From Proteocatella sp. (lineage in GTDB: Bacteria > Bacillota > Clostridia > Peptostreptococcales > Filifactoraceae), in contig JBOFWC010000062.1 in assembly GCA_051653405.1 (NCBI GenBank), positions 1,439 to 65,438 of the forward strand: a DNA stretch of 64,000 bases, read 5' to 3'. The notes under the pieces were generated by a model. It saw nothing but the letters and a program-made list of their open reading frames with translations, searched no databases and had not been told where the DNA came from. Shown in pieces: positions 36,641-46,754 of this stretch; positions within the stretch are counted from its first letter, which is position 1, and every line of letters starts with the position of its first letter. A program made the position numbers and the translations under genes.

Positions 36641-37000
36641 CTATCCTAGTATCTGTTGAACAGCTTTAAGAATTCTATCTGGTTTAAAAGGTTTAACTAT
36701 GAAATCTTTTGCTCCCGATTTTATAGCTTCTACAACCATAGCCTCTTGCCCCATTGCTGAACACATTATTATTTTAGCATTTGGATCCTGTGCTTTTATA
36801 GTTTTAAGCGCTTCAAGTCCATCCATATTAGGCATTGTTATGTCCATTACTACTAAATCAGGCTGTATTTCCTGATACTTTGCTACTGCCTCTGCTCCAT
36901 CTGCAGCTTCAAACAATTCTGTGTATCCATTTTTTGTAAGTGTATCCTTAACTACCATTCTCATAAATGCTGCATCATCTACTAATAATATTTTTGCCAT
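36641..37000 (-). CDS. cheY: Chemotaxis response regulator CheY
   Basis: 119-aa single REC domain: ILLVDDAAFMR, DITMPNMDG, and K at FIVKPF. Confidence 0.95.
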   Translation of the reverse strand: MAKILLVDDAAFMRMVVKDTLTKNGYTELFEAADGAEAVAKYQEIQPDLVVMDITMPNMDGLEALKTIKAQDPNAKIIMCSAMGQEAMVVEAIKSGAKDFIVKPFKPDRILKAVQQILG

Positions 37001-37039
37001 GTTATTTACCTTCCTTATCTCTTTTATAAATTGTTTTTA

Positions 37040-38038
37040 TTATTGTTTTACATGTTTTATTTTAACGGCTACATTCTTCTTGTGTACTCCAAGTGTGCCG
37101 GTAAACCATGCGGAATCATCTACATACATGTAAACTTCTGAGTCCTTAGGTCTGCCTAAATTAATTATATCTCCTACTCTAAGATTATATGCATCTCTCA
37201 TTTTCATTTCTGCTTCGCCTAATCTTACTCTTATCTCCATCTCAGATGATTTTATGTTATTTAATATTATTTCATCTTCTTTTCCTACTTTAGTTCCTTT
37301 TGCTCTTATGCTTTCACTCTCATGTACTTCAAATATTAAGCTCAATAAGCTTCCTGGAATACAAACAGTCAATTTGCTTTCACTAGTTCCTATTTTTGCA
37401 TTAATTATTATTATTACTACAGTTTCATCCATGCCTATTACTTGACCTACATTTTGATTCATTCTTGCTGCTACATATCTAAAGCTTCCTTCCTCAAGAT
37501 AGTTTGACCAAGCCTCTTTCATGTTAGGCACAAGTCTAGTCATTATATAATCATAAAGTGCGATTTCTACCTCAGTGTATTTGTAATCTGTTTTTATATC
37601 TATATCTTCACCTTCACCACCAAGGATTCTATCTATCATACCCAGCATTAATCTATTGTTTACATGCATGAGTATAGGCGCACCTTTGTCTATCTCTGGA
37701 ATTTCTAAATCTACAAATGATAATATATCATTATCATTTACTGCATTACTGAATTCATAATACCTTTGCTCTTCTACCCCAATAACTTCAAATTCACAAT
37801 TTGTTCTCAACATATTACTTGCTTTAGATGCGAGAATTCTTGAATAGTTTTCATATACTCCATTTAGTAATTTCAGCTTATCTCTTGTAAATTTTTTAGG
37901 ACTGTAGAAATCGTATTTTTTATAATTGACTTCTTCCTGTATTTCTTGCTCTACAGTTTCCTGAGGTTCATCTCCTCCACCACCCATCATAGAGCTCAAT
38001 AAAAGGTCTATCTGACTCTGAGATAATACCTCTGACAT
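37040..38038 (-). CDS. fliM: Flagellar switch protein FliM
   Basis: N-terminal SEVLSQSQIDLLL CheY-P binding motif. 332 aa with a C-terminal SpoA-like region. Confidence 0.95.
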   Translation of the reverse strand: MSEVLSQSQIDLLLSSMMGGGGDEPQETVEQEIQEEVNYKKYDFYSPKKFTRDKLKLLNGVYENYSRILASKASNMLRTNCEFEVIGVEEQRYYEFSNAVNDNDILSFVDLEIPEIDKGAPILMHVNNRLMLGMIDRILGGEGEDIDIKTDYKYTEVEIALYDYIMTRLVPNMKEAWSNYLEEGSFRYVAARMNQNVGQVIGMDETVVIIIINAKIGTSESKLTVCIPGSLLSLIFEVHESESIRAKGTKVGKEDEIILNNIKSSEMEIRVRLGEAEMKMRDAYNLRVGDIINLGRPKDSEVYMYVDDSAWFTGTLGVHKKNVAVKIKHVKQ

Positions 38039-38061
38039 TCAATTCTCACCTCCTCTGCTTC

Positions 38062-38826
38062 TTAACTATTGTACACTTCTTTATAGTACTCATCAAGCGC
38101 TCTGTTTATAGAATCATTTTTTGTTATTATTATCTCTACCCTTCTATTCTTAGCTCTATTCGCCGAGGTATCAAAAGGACTTATCGGTCTAAATTGTCCA
38201 AAGGATGTAGCTATTAATTTTTCTGGACTTATTATATTTTTTTTCTGAAGATATATAAGTACTTCTGTCGCTCTATTTGAGGATAAAACCCTATCAAACC
38301 TTATATCATTTGGCTTATCTGGTCTCGCCTGTGAAGTATGTCCTAATATCTGAATTTCTCCAATTATATTTGAAGAACTTTTTATTACTTTAGAAAAACT
38401 ATCTAAAACTTTTTTCCCCTCATCTCTTAATACATAACTATCTCCATCAAAAAATATATTATTTTTAAAGGTTATAAAGGTATACCCATCCCCTTTTTTT
38501 ATTTCTACATCGCTTTGAACATTCTGTTCTTCTGAAGCTTTTTTTAAACTATAATAAAGATCATCAAAATTTTCTATTATTTCCTGTGGCTCCCTAGCTC
38601 CTTCAACATCATATTCTCCTGCATTTTCTTGTTCACCTTCTACAATCTGAGAAGTGGCCTTTGCATTAGGGTTAAAGCTTTTTACGATAATTTCGTACTT
38701 TGCTGCATCTACTGAACTTATTGAATATAGTAGTACAAAAAAACACAATAATAAAGTAATCGTATCCCCATATGTGGCCAGCCATTTTTCTTTATTTTCA
38801 GGTGCTTGTGCTTTTTTCTTTAACAT
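38062..38826 (-). CDS. motB: Flagellar stator protein MotB
   Basis: WLATYGDTITLLLCFFVLL with the conserved Asp, and a C-terminal OmpA-like region (NRAKNRRVEIII). Confidence 0.9.
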   Translation of the reverse strand: MLKKKAQAPENKEKWLATYGDTITLLLCFFVLLYSISSVDAAKYEIIVKSFNPNAKATSQIVEGEQENAGEYDVEGAREPQEIIENFDDLYYSLKKASEEQNVQSDVEIKKGDGYTFITFKNNIFFDGDSYVLRDEGKKVLDSFSKVIKSSSNIIGEIQILGHTSQARPDKPNDIRFDRVLSSNRATEVLIYLQKKNIISPEKLIATSFGQFRPISPFDTSANRAKNRRVEIIITKNDSINRALDEYYKEVYNS

Positions 38827-38835
38827 AGTGTCACC

Positions 38836-39651
38836 TTATTTCTTAGATTTTTTACCTTTTTTACCGCCACCTTCTGAACCTTCTCCTTCGACGCCTCTTT
38901 CATGGTGTGCTAAAAACGAATTAAGCTTTTCATTTAAAAACTTAGGATTGTCTCCTGATTGTATGGCAAGCGCCCCCTCTATTATTATACTTTTATATAA
39001 TATCTCTTCATCATGTTTTTGTTTTAACCTTCTTGATATTGGTCCTAACAATACATTCGCAACAATAACTCCATAAAGTGTAGTAATAAGAGCTACAGAC
39101 ATATCCTGTCCTATACTGCTACTCCCGCCTGAATCCATTGACATTCCTTTAAGCATATTTACTAGTCCTATCAGAGTTCCTATCATACCAAATGCTGGAC
39201 CTAAAGCTTCTCCTGTTTCATAAAAGGCTACTGCCTTTCCATGTCTTTCATCCAAGTACATAAGTTCCATTTCAAGCATTTCTTTTATCCTTGATGCATC
39301 TGGAACGTCTACTATAAGTATGAGACTTTGTTTAAAAAATGGATCTTCTACTTTTTTGGATTCTTCTTCTAATGCTAGCAATCCCTTTTTTCTTGCTACT
39401 TGAGCCATCTCTACAATCTGTTCTATACATTCCTTTGAGTTGTATTTATTTTTAGCCATTATGATTTTAATGTGCTTTGGCACATTTTTAAATGCCGTTA
39501 TTCCATAACCTGCAAAAAGTGCTATTATCGTTCCCAGTATTACTATTACAAAACTTGGTAAATCTATGAAGTTTCCAATTTTGGAAATCCCCATTCCATA
39601 AACCATCAATACGACGGCTAATGCCATTCCTATAAACATAGTAAAATCCAT
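38836..39651 (-). CDS. motA: Flagellar stator protein MotA
   Basis: GPAFGMIGTLIGLV and TTLYGVIVANV motifs. G/K-rich C-terminal tail. Confidence 0.9.
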   Translation of the reverse strand: MDFTMFIGMALAVVLMVYGMGISKIGNFIDLPSFVIVILGTIIALFAGYGITAFKNVPKHIKIIMAKNKYNSKECIEQIVEMAQVARKKGLLALEEESKKVEDPFFKQSLILIVDVPDASRIKEMLEMELMYLDERHGKAVAFYETGEALGPAFGMIGTLIGLVNMLKGMSMDSGGSSSIGQDMSVALITTLYGVIVANVLLGPISRRLKQKHDEEILYKSIIIEGALAIQSGDNPKFLNEKLNSFLAHHERGVEGEGSEGGGKKGKKSKK

Positions 39652-39703
39652 ACGACTCCTCCAAAATTTATGTCTTATATTTTAAATACAATTTCAGAAA
39701 ATT

Positions 39704-39910
39704 TTATACTATGACACTGCTCTTTCTAAATTCCAATAATATTCTATTATATTCTACAATTCTATCTATTATTTCATCAACACTTTCTTTAACAATAAAA
39801 TGTTCCTTGTTCATAAGTGTAATTTTCGACTCTGGTATTATATCTATGGTCATTATTTGATAACAATTTATTACAAACTCTTCATTATTTAATTTTGTTA
39901 ATTTTATCAT
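39704..39910 (-). CDS. flbD: FlbD
   Basis: MIKLTKLNNEEFVINCYQIMTIDIIPESKITLMNKEHFIVKESVDEIIDRI matches the FlbD family. The ATG at 39910 follows AGAGG. The longer track ORF is an artefactual extension. Confidence 0.85.
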   Translation of the reverse strand: MIKLTKLNNEEFVINCYQIMTIDIIPESKITLMNKEHFIVKESVDEIIDRIVEYNRILLEFRKSSVIV

Positions 39911-39988
39911 TTTTGAAAACCTCTGTTTCTTTAGATAAAATATGTATTCGTGTGAAGCCGAAAATATCGGCCTCACACTTTAACTAAT

Positions 39989-40888
39989 CTATCTCTTCAT
40001 TGAAAGTAGTTCCTGTAGCATTTCATCTGATACAGTTATTATTCTTGTGTTTGCTTGAAACCCTCTTTGTGTAGTTATCATTTCTGAGAATTCTTTTGCT
40101 AAATCTACGTTTGCCATTTCAAGTCCATTTGATTTTATCATCCCTGTTCCTCGATCCCCAGGTATTCCTACAATCTTAGTTCCTACGTTTGATACTGCTT
40201 TGTAGTATGGTCCCTGAGATTTTTCAAGTCCATTTTGATTTGTCATATTCGCTAACAGAATCTGGCCTATTGTTATAGGTCCTTTAGAATCTATCCCTAT
40301 TACGTTTCCTGATGAATCTATTCTTATACTGTTTATATCAGATCTTGGCTCTACATTTTCTTCTGTTCTATCTCCACTTATAGATGGTATTCTTATAGGC
40401 TTTAGTGTTGTATCTTCAGGAAGTGATTTTCCGTATACTAAATATCCATTTGAGTCTACTAAAAATCCATTTCCATCAAATCTAAAATCCCCTAATCTAG
40501 AAAGGCTTAACTCCTTAAAATCAGTTACTCCTCCAGTAGTAGCATCTACCGCTATATCTTTTTGTTTTTTAGGTCCTACTATGAAAAATCCGCCGCCATC
40601 TATCATACAGTCTGTCGGACTATCTGTTGGTGCATAACTCCCCTGAGAAAACATAAGGTCTATTGCTGCAATTTTAGAACCATATCCTACCTGAGAAGCA
40701 TTCTTTCCTCCAAAGGTATTCCCTCCATCACTTGCAGCACTTACTGTCTGATATATTGAGTCTTGAAACGTTGCTCTAGAAGCTTTATACCCGTAGGTAT
40801 TAACGTTTGCGATATTATTTCCTATGGTATCCATTTTTGATTGATGTGCTCTTAAGCCCGATACCCCTGAAAACATTGATCTAATCAT
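39989..40888 (-). CDS. flgE: Flagellar hook protein FlgE (short, 299 aa)
   Basis: MIRSMFSGVSGLRAHQSKMDTIGNNIANVNTYGYK at the N-terminus and VDLAKEFSEMITTQRGFQANTRIITVSDEMLQEL at the C-terminus. Confidence 0.9.
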   Translation of the reverse strand: MIRSMFSGVSGLRAHQSKMDTIGNNIANVNTYGYKASRATFQDSIYQTVSAASDGGNTFGGKNASQVGYGSKIAAIDLMFSQGSYAPTDSPTDCMIDGGGFFIVGPKKQKDIAVDATTGGVTDFKELSLSRLGDFRFDGNGFLVDSNGYLVYGKSLPEDTTLKPIRIPSISGDRTEENVEPRSDINSIRIDSSGNVIGIDSKGPITIGQILLANMTNQNGLEKSQGPYYKAVSNVGTKIVGIPGDRGTGMIKSNGLEMANVDLAKEFSEMITTQRGFQANTRIITVSDEMLQELLSMKR

Positions 40889-40915
40889 TTTGATTCCCTT
40901 TCTTCCGTATTAAAT

Positions 40916-40940
40916 GAATTTTATCATTCGGATAAAATTC
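40916..40940 (-). other. Perfect 10-bp hairpin in the orf-flgE intergenic spacer
   Basis: GAATTTTATC-attcg-GATAAAATTC, read directly. No U-tract follows it in the minus-strand sense. Confidence 0.6.
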
Positions 40941-40961
40941 AACGCCTCCATTACGGTCCAG

Positions 40962-41342
40962 CTATATAATAACGGCACTATCTATATTGGTAAAAATGTT
41001 ATTCTTTAGCTCTAAATATGACATAGCTGTGATAACTGTATTGTTTGGCACATTGACTATAAATGCTTGGTCTTTGCCTATGACCGCTAAATCTTTGGCA
41101 CCTTTTTCTCTTGCTTTATCTACTGCTTTTTCTATTTCTGAAATAAGAGACGGTGTGACTTCTATGCCTCTTTCTTGAGCTCTTTCTTTGGCATGTTTAG
41201 AAAATTTTAGTTCCTTTGTCTCGTTTATCTGATCTTTTAGTATCTGTTCGAAACTTTGATTTCTGCTTACATAGCCTAATTTATCAACAAACTTATTGTC
41301 AAGTTTGCTATCTCTTATACTAATTTTATTTATCAAGTGCAC
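40962..41342 (-). CDS. Conserved flagellar operon protein of unknown function (flgD-flgE spacer gene)
   Basis: About 125 aa, lying between flgD and flgE as in many Clostridia/Bacilli (I recall a TIGR02530-type family). The start is GTG at 41342 or TTG at 41336. Confidence 0.5.
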   Translation of the reverse strand: MHLINKISIRDSKLDNKFVDKLGYVSRNQSFEQILKDQINETKELKFSKHAKERAQERGIEVTPSLISEIEKAVDKAREKGAKDLAVIGKDQAFIVNVPNNTVITAMSYLELKNNIFTNIDSAVII

Positions 41343-41362
41343 TCACTCCTATTTAAGTTTCC

Positions 41363-41875
41363 TTACTTAGCTACCTCCGTAGGCACCGCTGCAGGTTTCT
41401 CTGTAGGCTTTTCTACAGGCTTTTCTGTAGGCTTTTCCTCCTTCGGTGGCAATTTCCCTATTGCCATAATTTGAGTCAAATAATAACTTTTCCCGTCTAT
41501 GAAAACTACTTGTTGTCCGCCGTATATCGCAGCCCCTGTAACTTCTCCCACAATCTCCTTTATGTTTCCATCGGTTCCTACTTCTGCAACAGTCACTTCT
41601 TTTCCTACAAGTGATGCTGAATATGTGGTCACCGATATATCTGTAAAAGTATTCATCGCCTGTATGGTTGCCATCTGAGTCATTTGATTCATAAAGGCCG
41701 TTTCATCCATTGGATTCATCATGTCTTGATTTTGGAGTTGTTTTACTAGAAGCTGTAAAAAGTCGTCCATTGTAAGTTCTGTTTTAGTGGTAGATTTTGT
41801 CTTTAGTTTTGCGTCTTGAGCTTCTTTAGATTTGTCCACGCCTCTGAGGTTTACATTACCTATTATATCTGCCAA
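41363..41875 (-). CDS. flgD: Flagellar hook capping/assembly protein FlgD
   Basis: LTMDDFLQLLVKQLQNQDMMNPMDETAFMNQMTQMATIQ is the FlgD N-terminal signature. TTG start after AAGGAGA. EKP-repeat C-terminal tail. Confidence 0.9.
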   Translation of the reverse strand: MADIIGNVNLRGVDKSKEAQDAKLKTKSTTKTELTMDDFLQLLVKQLQNQDMMNPMDETAFMNQMTQMATIQAMNTFTDISVTTYSASLVGKEVTVAEVGTDGNIKEIVGEVTGAAIYGGQQVVFIDGKSYYLTQIMAIGKLPPKEEKPTEKPVEKPTEKPAAVPTEVAK

Positions 41876-41888
41876 TTTTCACATCTCC

Positions 41889-43124
41889 TTACATAAATTT
41901 AAATTCTGAAGAAAATTGTCTTTTCAAATTTTCAATCTCCCAAAGTCCTAGTTTTACTTGATCTGCAAATTCAGCATCTTCTCTGTGATTCTGTTGATTT
42001 TGATTTTGCTGATTTGAACCATTTTGTCCTTTTTGTTGGTTTTGATTGTTATTAAGATAGTTTTCTTCTCTTACATTAACGGTTACTTCTGATTTAGTGT
42101 TTTGCTGTATTGCTTGGCCTAGACTTGAAATTCCTTCTGACAACAAATTAGCTGTCTTGCTATTGCTACAAAGCATTGAAACGGTAAGCTTTCCATCTTC
42201 AAAAAGAAGTTTTACTTTTATTTTACCTAAGTTCTCAGGGTCAAGCTGTAACTCATATTCATTAGATTTTTCGGCTTTTATTACTACATTTTTAGAAATT
42301 TCTTTTATAAGGTTTTCTGAAGAAACCTCTTGAGCATCTCCAACTTTTATCTTTATAGTTTCCACTGGCTCTGTCTTTTCTGATTTTGCAGAATTAAGCA
42401 TTTCTATTGAAATGTCATCTCCTGATTCGTCATTTTTCTCAAAACCAAACTGATCAGACTTATCATTTTTTTCAATATTTTTTATGCCTTTGTCTTCATT
42501 CTCTCCTAAAGCTTTGACTTTATCTGACGCATCTTCTGTTTTTGTTTTGCCAAAATCTTTATTTTGAACATCTTTAGATGAGACAACATTTGCCATATCC
42601 AGCTCGGAATCAGATTTTAAAGCCTTAGATTCATTTACATTTTGAGTTGTGTTTTCTGCATTAAGTGAAGCTGTTTTAGAAGTATCTACATTTATTATCT
42701 CTTGCTTTGTAGCCTCTTGGTTTAAACCTTGAATAGTCGATATGCTCGATATAGGTTCTGAACCCTTTTCTAATTGGACATTTCTTACCTTAGATCTTAA
42801 CTCAAGGTCAAGTGCATTTGCTGAAAAAACTGCTTGATTTAATATACTCTCAGGTTTGACTTCCTCTTTAGCTTCGGTTTCTACACTATTTAGATTTTCA
42901 TCCTCAGGTTTTTTTGATACATTCTCATCTGTTGTTTGAGTGTTATCTTTCGATTGGATGTCTTTCTTTGAGTTATTTTGATTTCCATAATCTTGTTCTT
43001 TAACCTTACTGTCTAGTGCATTTTTAAAATCAAAATTGTCATCACTTGAACGTTTCCTACTACTTTTGTTTGTAGCTTTTGGGGCATTACTCTGAAGTAT
43101 TTGTAGCGTTTCGATCTTCTTCAC
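41889..43124 (-). CDS. fliK: Flagellar hook-length control protein FliK
   Basis: Low-complexity N-terminal and central region, then a C-terminal Flg_hook-type segment LQLDPENLGKIKVKLLFEDGKLTVSM. Located between fliJ and flgD. Confidence 0.8.
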   Translation of the reverse strand: MKKIETLQILQSNAPKATNKSSRKRSSDDNFDFKNALDSKVKEQDYGNQNNSKKDIQSKDNTQTTDENVSKKPEDENLNSVETEAKEEVKPESILNQAVFSANALDLELRSKVRNVQLEKGSEPISSISTIQGLNQEATKQEIINVDTSKTASLNAENTTQNVNESKALKSDSELDMANVVSSKDVQNKDFGKTKTEDASDKVKALGENEDKGIKNIEKNDKSDQFGFEKNDESGDDISIEMLNSAKSEKTEPVETIKIKVGDAQEVSSENLIKEISKNVVIKAEKSNEYELQLDPENLGKIKVKLLFEDGKLTVSMLCSNSKTANLLSEGISSLGQAIQQNTKSEVTVNVREENYLNNNQNQQKGQNGSNQQNQNQQNHREDAEFADQVKLGLWEIENLKRQFSSEFKFM

Positions 43125-43142
43125 CTCCTTTCTCCTTCTTTT

Positions 43143-43586
43143 TTAATTTACTGCTGACATTGAGTTTGAAACAAACTCTTCGATGAACAGTTCTTCGCTC
43201 TTCTTTACGTCTTTGTTGTACTGTTCTATCTTTTTTTCCTTCAGCTTTTCTATTGCAGCCGCTTCTTTTCTGGCCTCAATAACCTCTTGTCTTTTCTTTT
43301 CTTCTAGCTTTCTTATCTGAGCTATTTTCTGCATTTGAAATTTCATTTGATCATCGATCTGCTTTATATACATCTCAAATGCTCTTGCTTCTATTATAGT
43401 AATTCCTGAAAGCTTTTTTTCATTAAATTCATTTACATATCCCAAATACTTTTGTTTTAACTCCTCTAAAATAGATTCTTGCTGATTAAGTTCTGCTATG
43501 ATTTTACCATGTTCTAATTTTAGATTGGAAAGTATTTGATTTTTATAGTCTAGCACAGTGTCTAGGCCAAACGTAAATTTCTTCAC
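43143..43586 (-). CDS. fliJ: Flagellar export chaperone/stalk protein FliJ
   Basis: 147-aa coiled-coil protein (FTFGLDTVLDYK...) directly after fliI. Confidence 0.8.
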   Translation of the reverse strand: MKKFTFGLDTVLDYKNQILSNLKLEHGKIIAELNQQESILEELKQKYLGYVNEFNEKKLSGITIIEARAFEMYIKQIDDQMKFQMQKIAQIRKLEEKKRQEVIEARKEAAAIEKLKEKKIEQYNKDVKKSEELFIEEFVSNSMSAVN

Positions 43587-43617
43587 CGACTTTACTCCTT
43601 TTCTTTAATTCATAAAG

Positions 43618-44919
43618 CTAATCTAGAATCTCTTTAAGCTTTTGAAGAGTTTCTTCAAAACCAAAATTCTCATGAATTCCTTGTTTTAGAAAATCGTTGA
43701 CTCTATCTATTTTTGAAATCGCATAATCAAGTCTTGGATTTGTGTTTGGTTTATATGCTCCTATTGATATTAGGTCTAAATTCTTGTCATATACGCTTAG
43801 TATATCTCTTAGAGATGAGGCCATTTTTTGATGTTCGGGGTCTGCTATGGTGCTCATTAGTCTGGATATACTTGCATTAACATCTATCGCAGGGAAATGA
43901 TTTTCATTTGCTAACCTTCTTGTAAGTACTATGTGACCATCTAATATTCCCCTTACCATATCAGCTATAGGTTCATTGGTATCGTCCCCTTCTACTAGCA
44001 CAGTATATACTCCTGTAATAGAACCCTTTTCAAAATTACCACTTCTCTCTAGAAGTTTTGGAAGCTCTGCATAAATTGATGGGGTATATCCTCTTGCAAT
44101 TGGTGGTTCTCCTATTGCAAGCCCTATTTCTCTTTGAGCCATTGCAAATCGTGTAAGGGAGTCCATCATCAAAAGTACATCTTTCCCTTGATCTTTAAAA
44201 TATTCTGCTATAGTAGTTGCAACTAGAGGACATTTAAGCCTTAACATTGCCGGTTGATCTGATGTGGCTACTACTACTATGGATCTTTTTAATCCTTCTT
44301 CGCCAAGATCTTTCTCAAGAAACTCTCTTACCTCTCGCCCTCTTTCTCCTACGAGTGCGATTACGTTTATATCGGCTTTAACATTTTTTGCTATCATTCC
44401 AAGTAATGTACTTTTTCCAACCCCACTACCTGCAAATATTCCAACTCTCTGGCCTTTTCCTATTGTAAGCATTGAATCTATTGCTTTTACGCCAAAATGA
44501 AGTTTATCTTTTATTGGTGGCCTTGAAAGCGGATTTGTATATTTGCTGTCTACATAATAGTACGATTCTGGCTTTATCTGCTTGGTCCTATCTATAGGCC
44601 TTCCCATAGCATCAAGTACCTGCCCTCTCAGGCTATTTCCTACTGGAATCTTAAGTCTATTTTTTGTATTTCTTATAAAACTTCCTGCTGCAATGCCTCC
44701 CATTTCACCATAGGGCATCAATAATATCTTATCATCCTTAAACCCTACAACTTCAGCTGGTATATGTTGATTTTTATTCTCGCTATATATCATTCCTATA
44801 TCGCCTATACTGGCTTTCCCGCCTGATGCTTCAATTGTCATTCCAACTATATTTTCTATCTTTCCAATATGACTTATAGTATCCGATTTAGCTATTAGTT
44901 TTGGTAAGCTTTTTAGCAT
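43618..44919 (-). CDS. fliI: Flagellum-specific ATPase FliI
   Basis: Walker A GSGVGKST, Walker B LLMMDSLTR. F1/T3SS ATPase family. Confidence 0.95.
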   Translation of the reverse strand: MLKSLPKLIAKSDTISHIGKIENIVGMTIEASGGKASIGDIGMIYSENKNQHIPAEVVGFKDDKILLMPYGEMGGIAAGSFIRNTKNRLKIPVGNSLRGQVLDAMGRPIDRTKQIKPESYYYVDSKYTNPLSRPPIKDKLHFGVKAIDSMLTIGKGQRVGIFAGSGVGKSTLLGMIAKNVKADINVIALVGERGREVREFLEKDLGEEGLKRSIVVVATSDQPAMLRLKCPLVATTIAEYFKDQGKDVLLMMDSLTRFAMAQREIGLAIGEPPIARGYTPSIYAELPKLLERSGNFEKGSITGVYTVLVEGDDTNEPIADMVRGILDGHIVLTRRLANENHFPAIDVNASISRLMSTIADPEHQKMASSLRDILSVYDKNLDLISIGAYKPNTNPRLDYAISKIDRVNDFLKQGIHENFGFEETLQKLKEILD

Positions 44920-44932
44920 TTTTACACCTGCT

Positions 44933-45751
44933 TTACATTCTTGAACTGCTGATTATTTCTTTTATGTTCTCTATTTGCGTATTTGCGCTTGCATCTATAA
45001 CTTTGTCTGGAAGCTCTATTATGCATGTTCCTGAAGCTTCATCTTCCATAAGGATTATTTTTATCCTATCTGAAACATATGAAAGTGAACCAATTAGATC
45101 AGAATCTCCATTTACTGCAAGTTCTGCATCACATTTTGCAATATATATTTTAACCCATTCTTTTGAAAGTATTCCTTCTGTAGCAGATACTATCATTCGT
45201 TTTATTACATCTCCACTTGATTTTAGACTCACATGTATAACTTTTTCTGCTATTGCTATTGCTATATCTTTAAGATCGTCTTTATATTCTTCAAGTAAAT
45301 CTTTCTTGCTTTGTTCTACAGATTCTATAAGGTTCTTTAGATCTAAAAGTAAATTGTCAGCCTCTACTTTTAATGTCTGATTGACTTCATTTTCAGCTTC
45401 TTTATATCCATTTGCGTAACCATTTTCATAGCCAGCTGTATATCCATCTCTACTAGCTGACTCAAAAGCTTCTGCTTTTATAGCTTCTGCTTCTTGTAAG
45501 GTGTTTTCCATCATTTGCTTTATTTGTTTTTCCATTTCAAGAATTTCAAGCTTTAATTTATGTTTTTCTTCTTTATATTTTTCAAGATCCATACCATAAT
45601 TTTCTTTATGGTCTGATTCTCCTTCAATATTTGCTTCGAGCTCTTCTAATTCTTTTTCTAGCTGTTCTTCTTTATCAAAATCTACTAAGATATCATATAT
45701 ATTTAAATTTACCTTAGTTTCTTCTTCAACACCCTTAATCTGACTATGCAA
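44933..45751 (-). CDS. fliH: Flagellar assembly protein FliH
   Basis: Charged coiled-coil N-terminus, an A.GY..GY..GY motif, and a C-terminal FliH/YscL-like domain. Overlaps the fliG stop. Confidence 0.85.
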   Translation of the reverse strand: MHSQIKGVEEETKVNLNIYDILVDFDKEEQLEKELEELEANIEGESDHKENYGMDLEKYKEEKHKLKLEILEMEKQIKQMMENTLQEAEAIKAEAFESASRDGYTAGYENGYANGYKEAENEVNQTLKVEADNLLLDLKNLIESVEQSKKDLLEEYKDDLKDIAIAIAEKVIHVSLKSSGDVIKRMIVSATEGILSKEWVKIYIAKCDAELAVNGDSDLIGSLSYVSDRIKIILMEDEASGTCIIELPDKVIDASANTQIENIKEIISSSRM

Positions 45752-46754
45752 TTATATCATCCTTTCCACCTTTAGAAAGTACAATAGCGCCTTCTTCATC
45801 TAGCTTTCTTATTACAGCAACTATCTTCTGTTGAGCTTCTTCAACTTCTTTAAGTCTTACATTTGTTGTAATCTCAAGCTCATCCTTGATATTTTCTGCC
45901 ATCCTTACTGACATATTTGCAAAAATAAGTTTTGCAACTTCTTCTGTGGTTCCCTTAATAGCAAGCACAAGGTCTTTGATGTCGCACTCTCTGACAAATA
46001 TCTGAATAGCTCTTCCGTCCATCCCAGCAATGTCTTCGAATACAAACATTTTCTTTTTGATTTCGTCTGTAAGGTCCTGATCTTTTTTCCCCATCTCGTC
46101 GAATATGAATTTTTCATTACTTCTATCCATGTTATTCATAACTTCCGCAATGTAGTCTATACCACCAACTTTTGCAAAATCTGTAGTCATAACGGATGAG
46201 AATTTATTTTTAAGTTGTGCTTCTACTACTTTAATCGCTTCTGGAGAAGCACTTTCCATTTTAGCTATTCTTTCAACTACAGCTACTCTTTTATCCTCAG
46301 GAAGCGATGCAATTACTTGTGCTGCTTTTGTAGAATCTACATAGGCAAGTACAAGTGCTATTATCTGGGGTCTTTCATACTGAAGCACTGAGTAAAGACT
46401 CTTTATATCTGTTCTTCTTAGATAATCGAAAGCCTTAACTTTTAGGCTCTTTGATACTTTTTCTAAAAGTGCATGTGCTGTGTTTTCATCGAAGGCTTTT
46501 TCAAGTACGGTTCTTGCGTACTCCATACCCCCTTCGGTTACTACTTTTTGTGTAAGACACATCTTGTAAAAATCATCTAATATTTCTTCAGTCTGCTCTA
46601 CTGATATATACCCAAGTTTTGCAATTGCTATAGTTAATTGTTCTATATCTTCTTCTGATAAATATTTATAAATTTGTGAGGCCTTATCCACTCCCAGCGA
46701 TATTATTACAGCCGCTGCTCTCTCTTGATTTGAAATTCTTTTTTCACTACTCAT
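45744..46754 (-). CDS. fliG: Flagellar motor switch protein FliG
   Basis: ERAAAVIISLGVDKASQIYKYLSEEDIEQLT and a C-terminal torque-helix region (MSVRMAENIKDEL). Confidence 0.95.
   Translation of the reverse strand: MSSEKRISNQERAAAVIISLGVDKASQIYKYLSEEDIEQLTIAIAKLGYISVEQTEEILDDFYKMCLTQKVVTEGGMEYARTVLEKAFDENTAHALLEKVSKSLKVKAFDYLRRTDIKSLYSVLQYERPQIIALVLAYVDSTKAAQVIASLPEDKRVAVVERIAKMESASPEAIKVVEAQLKNKFSSVMTTDFAKVGGIDYIAEVMNNMDRSNEKFIFDEMGKKDQDLTDEIKKKMFVFEDIAGMDGRAIQIFVRECDIKDLVLAIKGTTEEVAKLIFANMSVRMAENIKDELEITTNVRLKEVEEAQQKIVAVIRKLDEEGAIVLSKGGKDDIIA

Noticed and set aside
39911-39976. N-terminal extensions offered by the track (flbD 39976; also fliW 8348, fliS 23294, ftsE-like 21830, cheA 17183, mcp 7053, fliD 2557, flhA 31816, parA-like 23436, fliE 48801)
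   Set aside because: In each case an internal start has a properly spaced GGAGG-like RBS, gives the family-typical N-terminus, and removes overlap with the upstream gene or promoter.
40941-40961. Tiny ORF (TTG NFIRMIKFI stop) after a GGAGG in the orf-flgE spacer
   Set aside because: The SD-to-start spacing is only 2 nt and the peptide is 10 codons. It is most likely a coincidence of the hairpin sequence.
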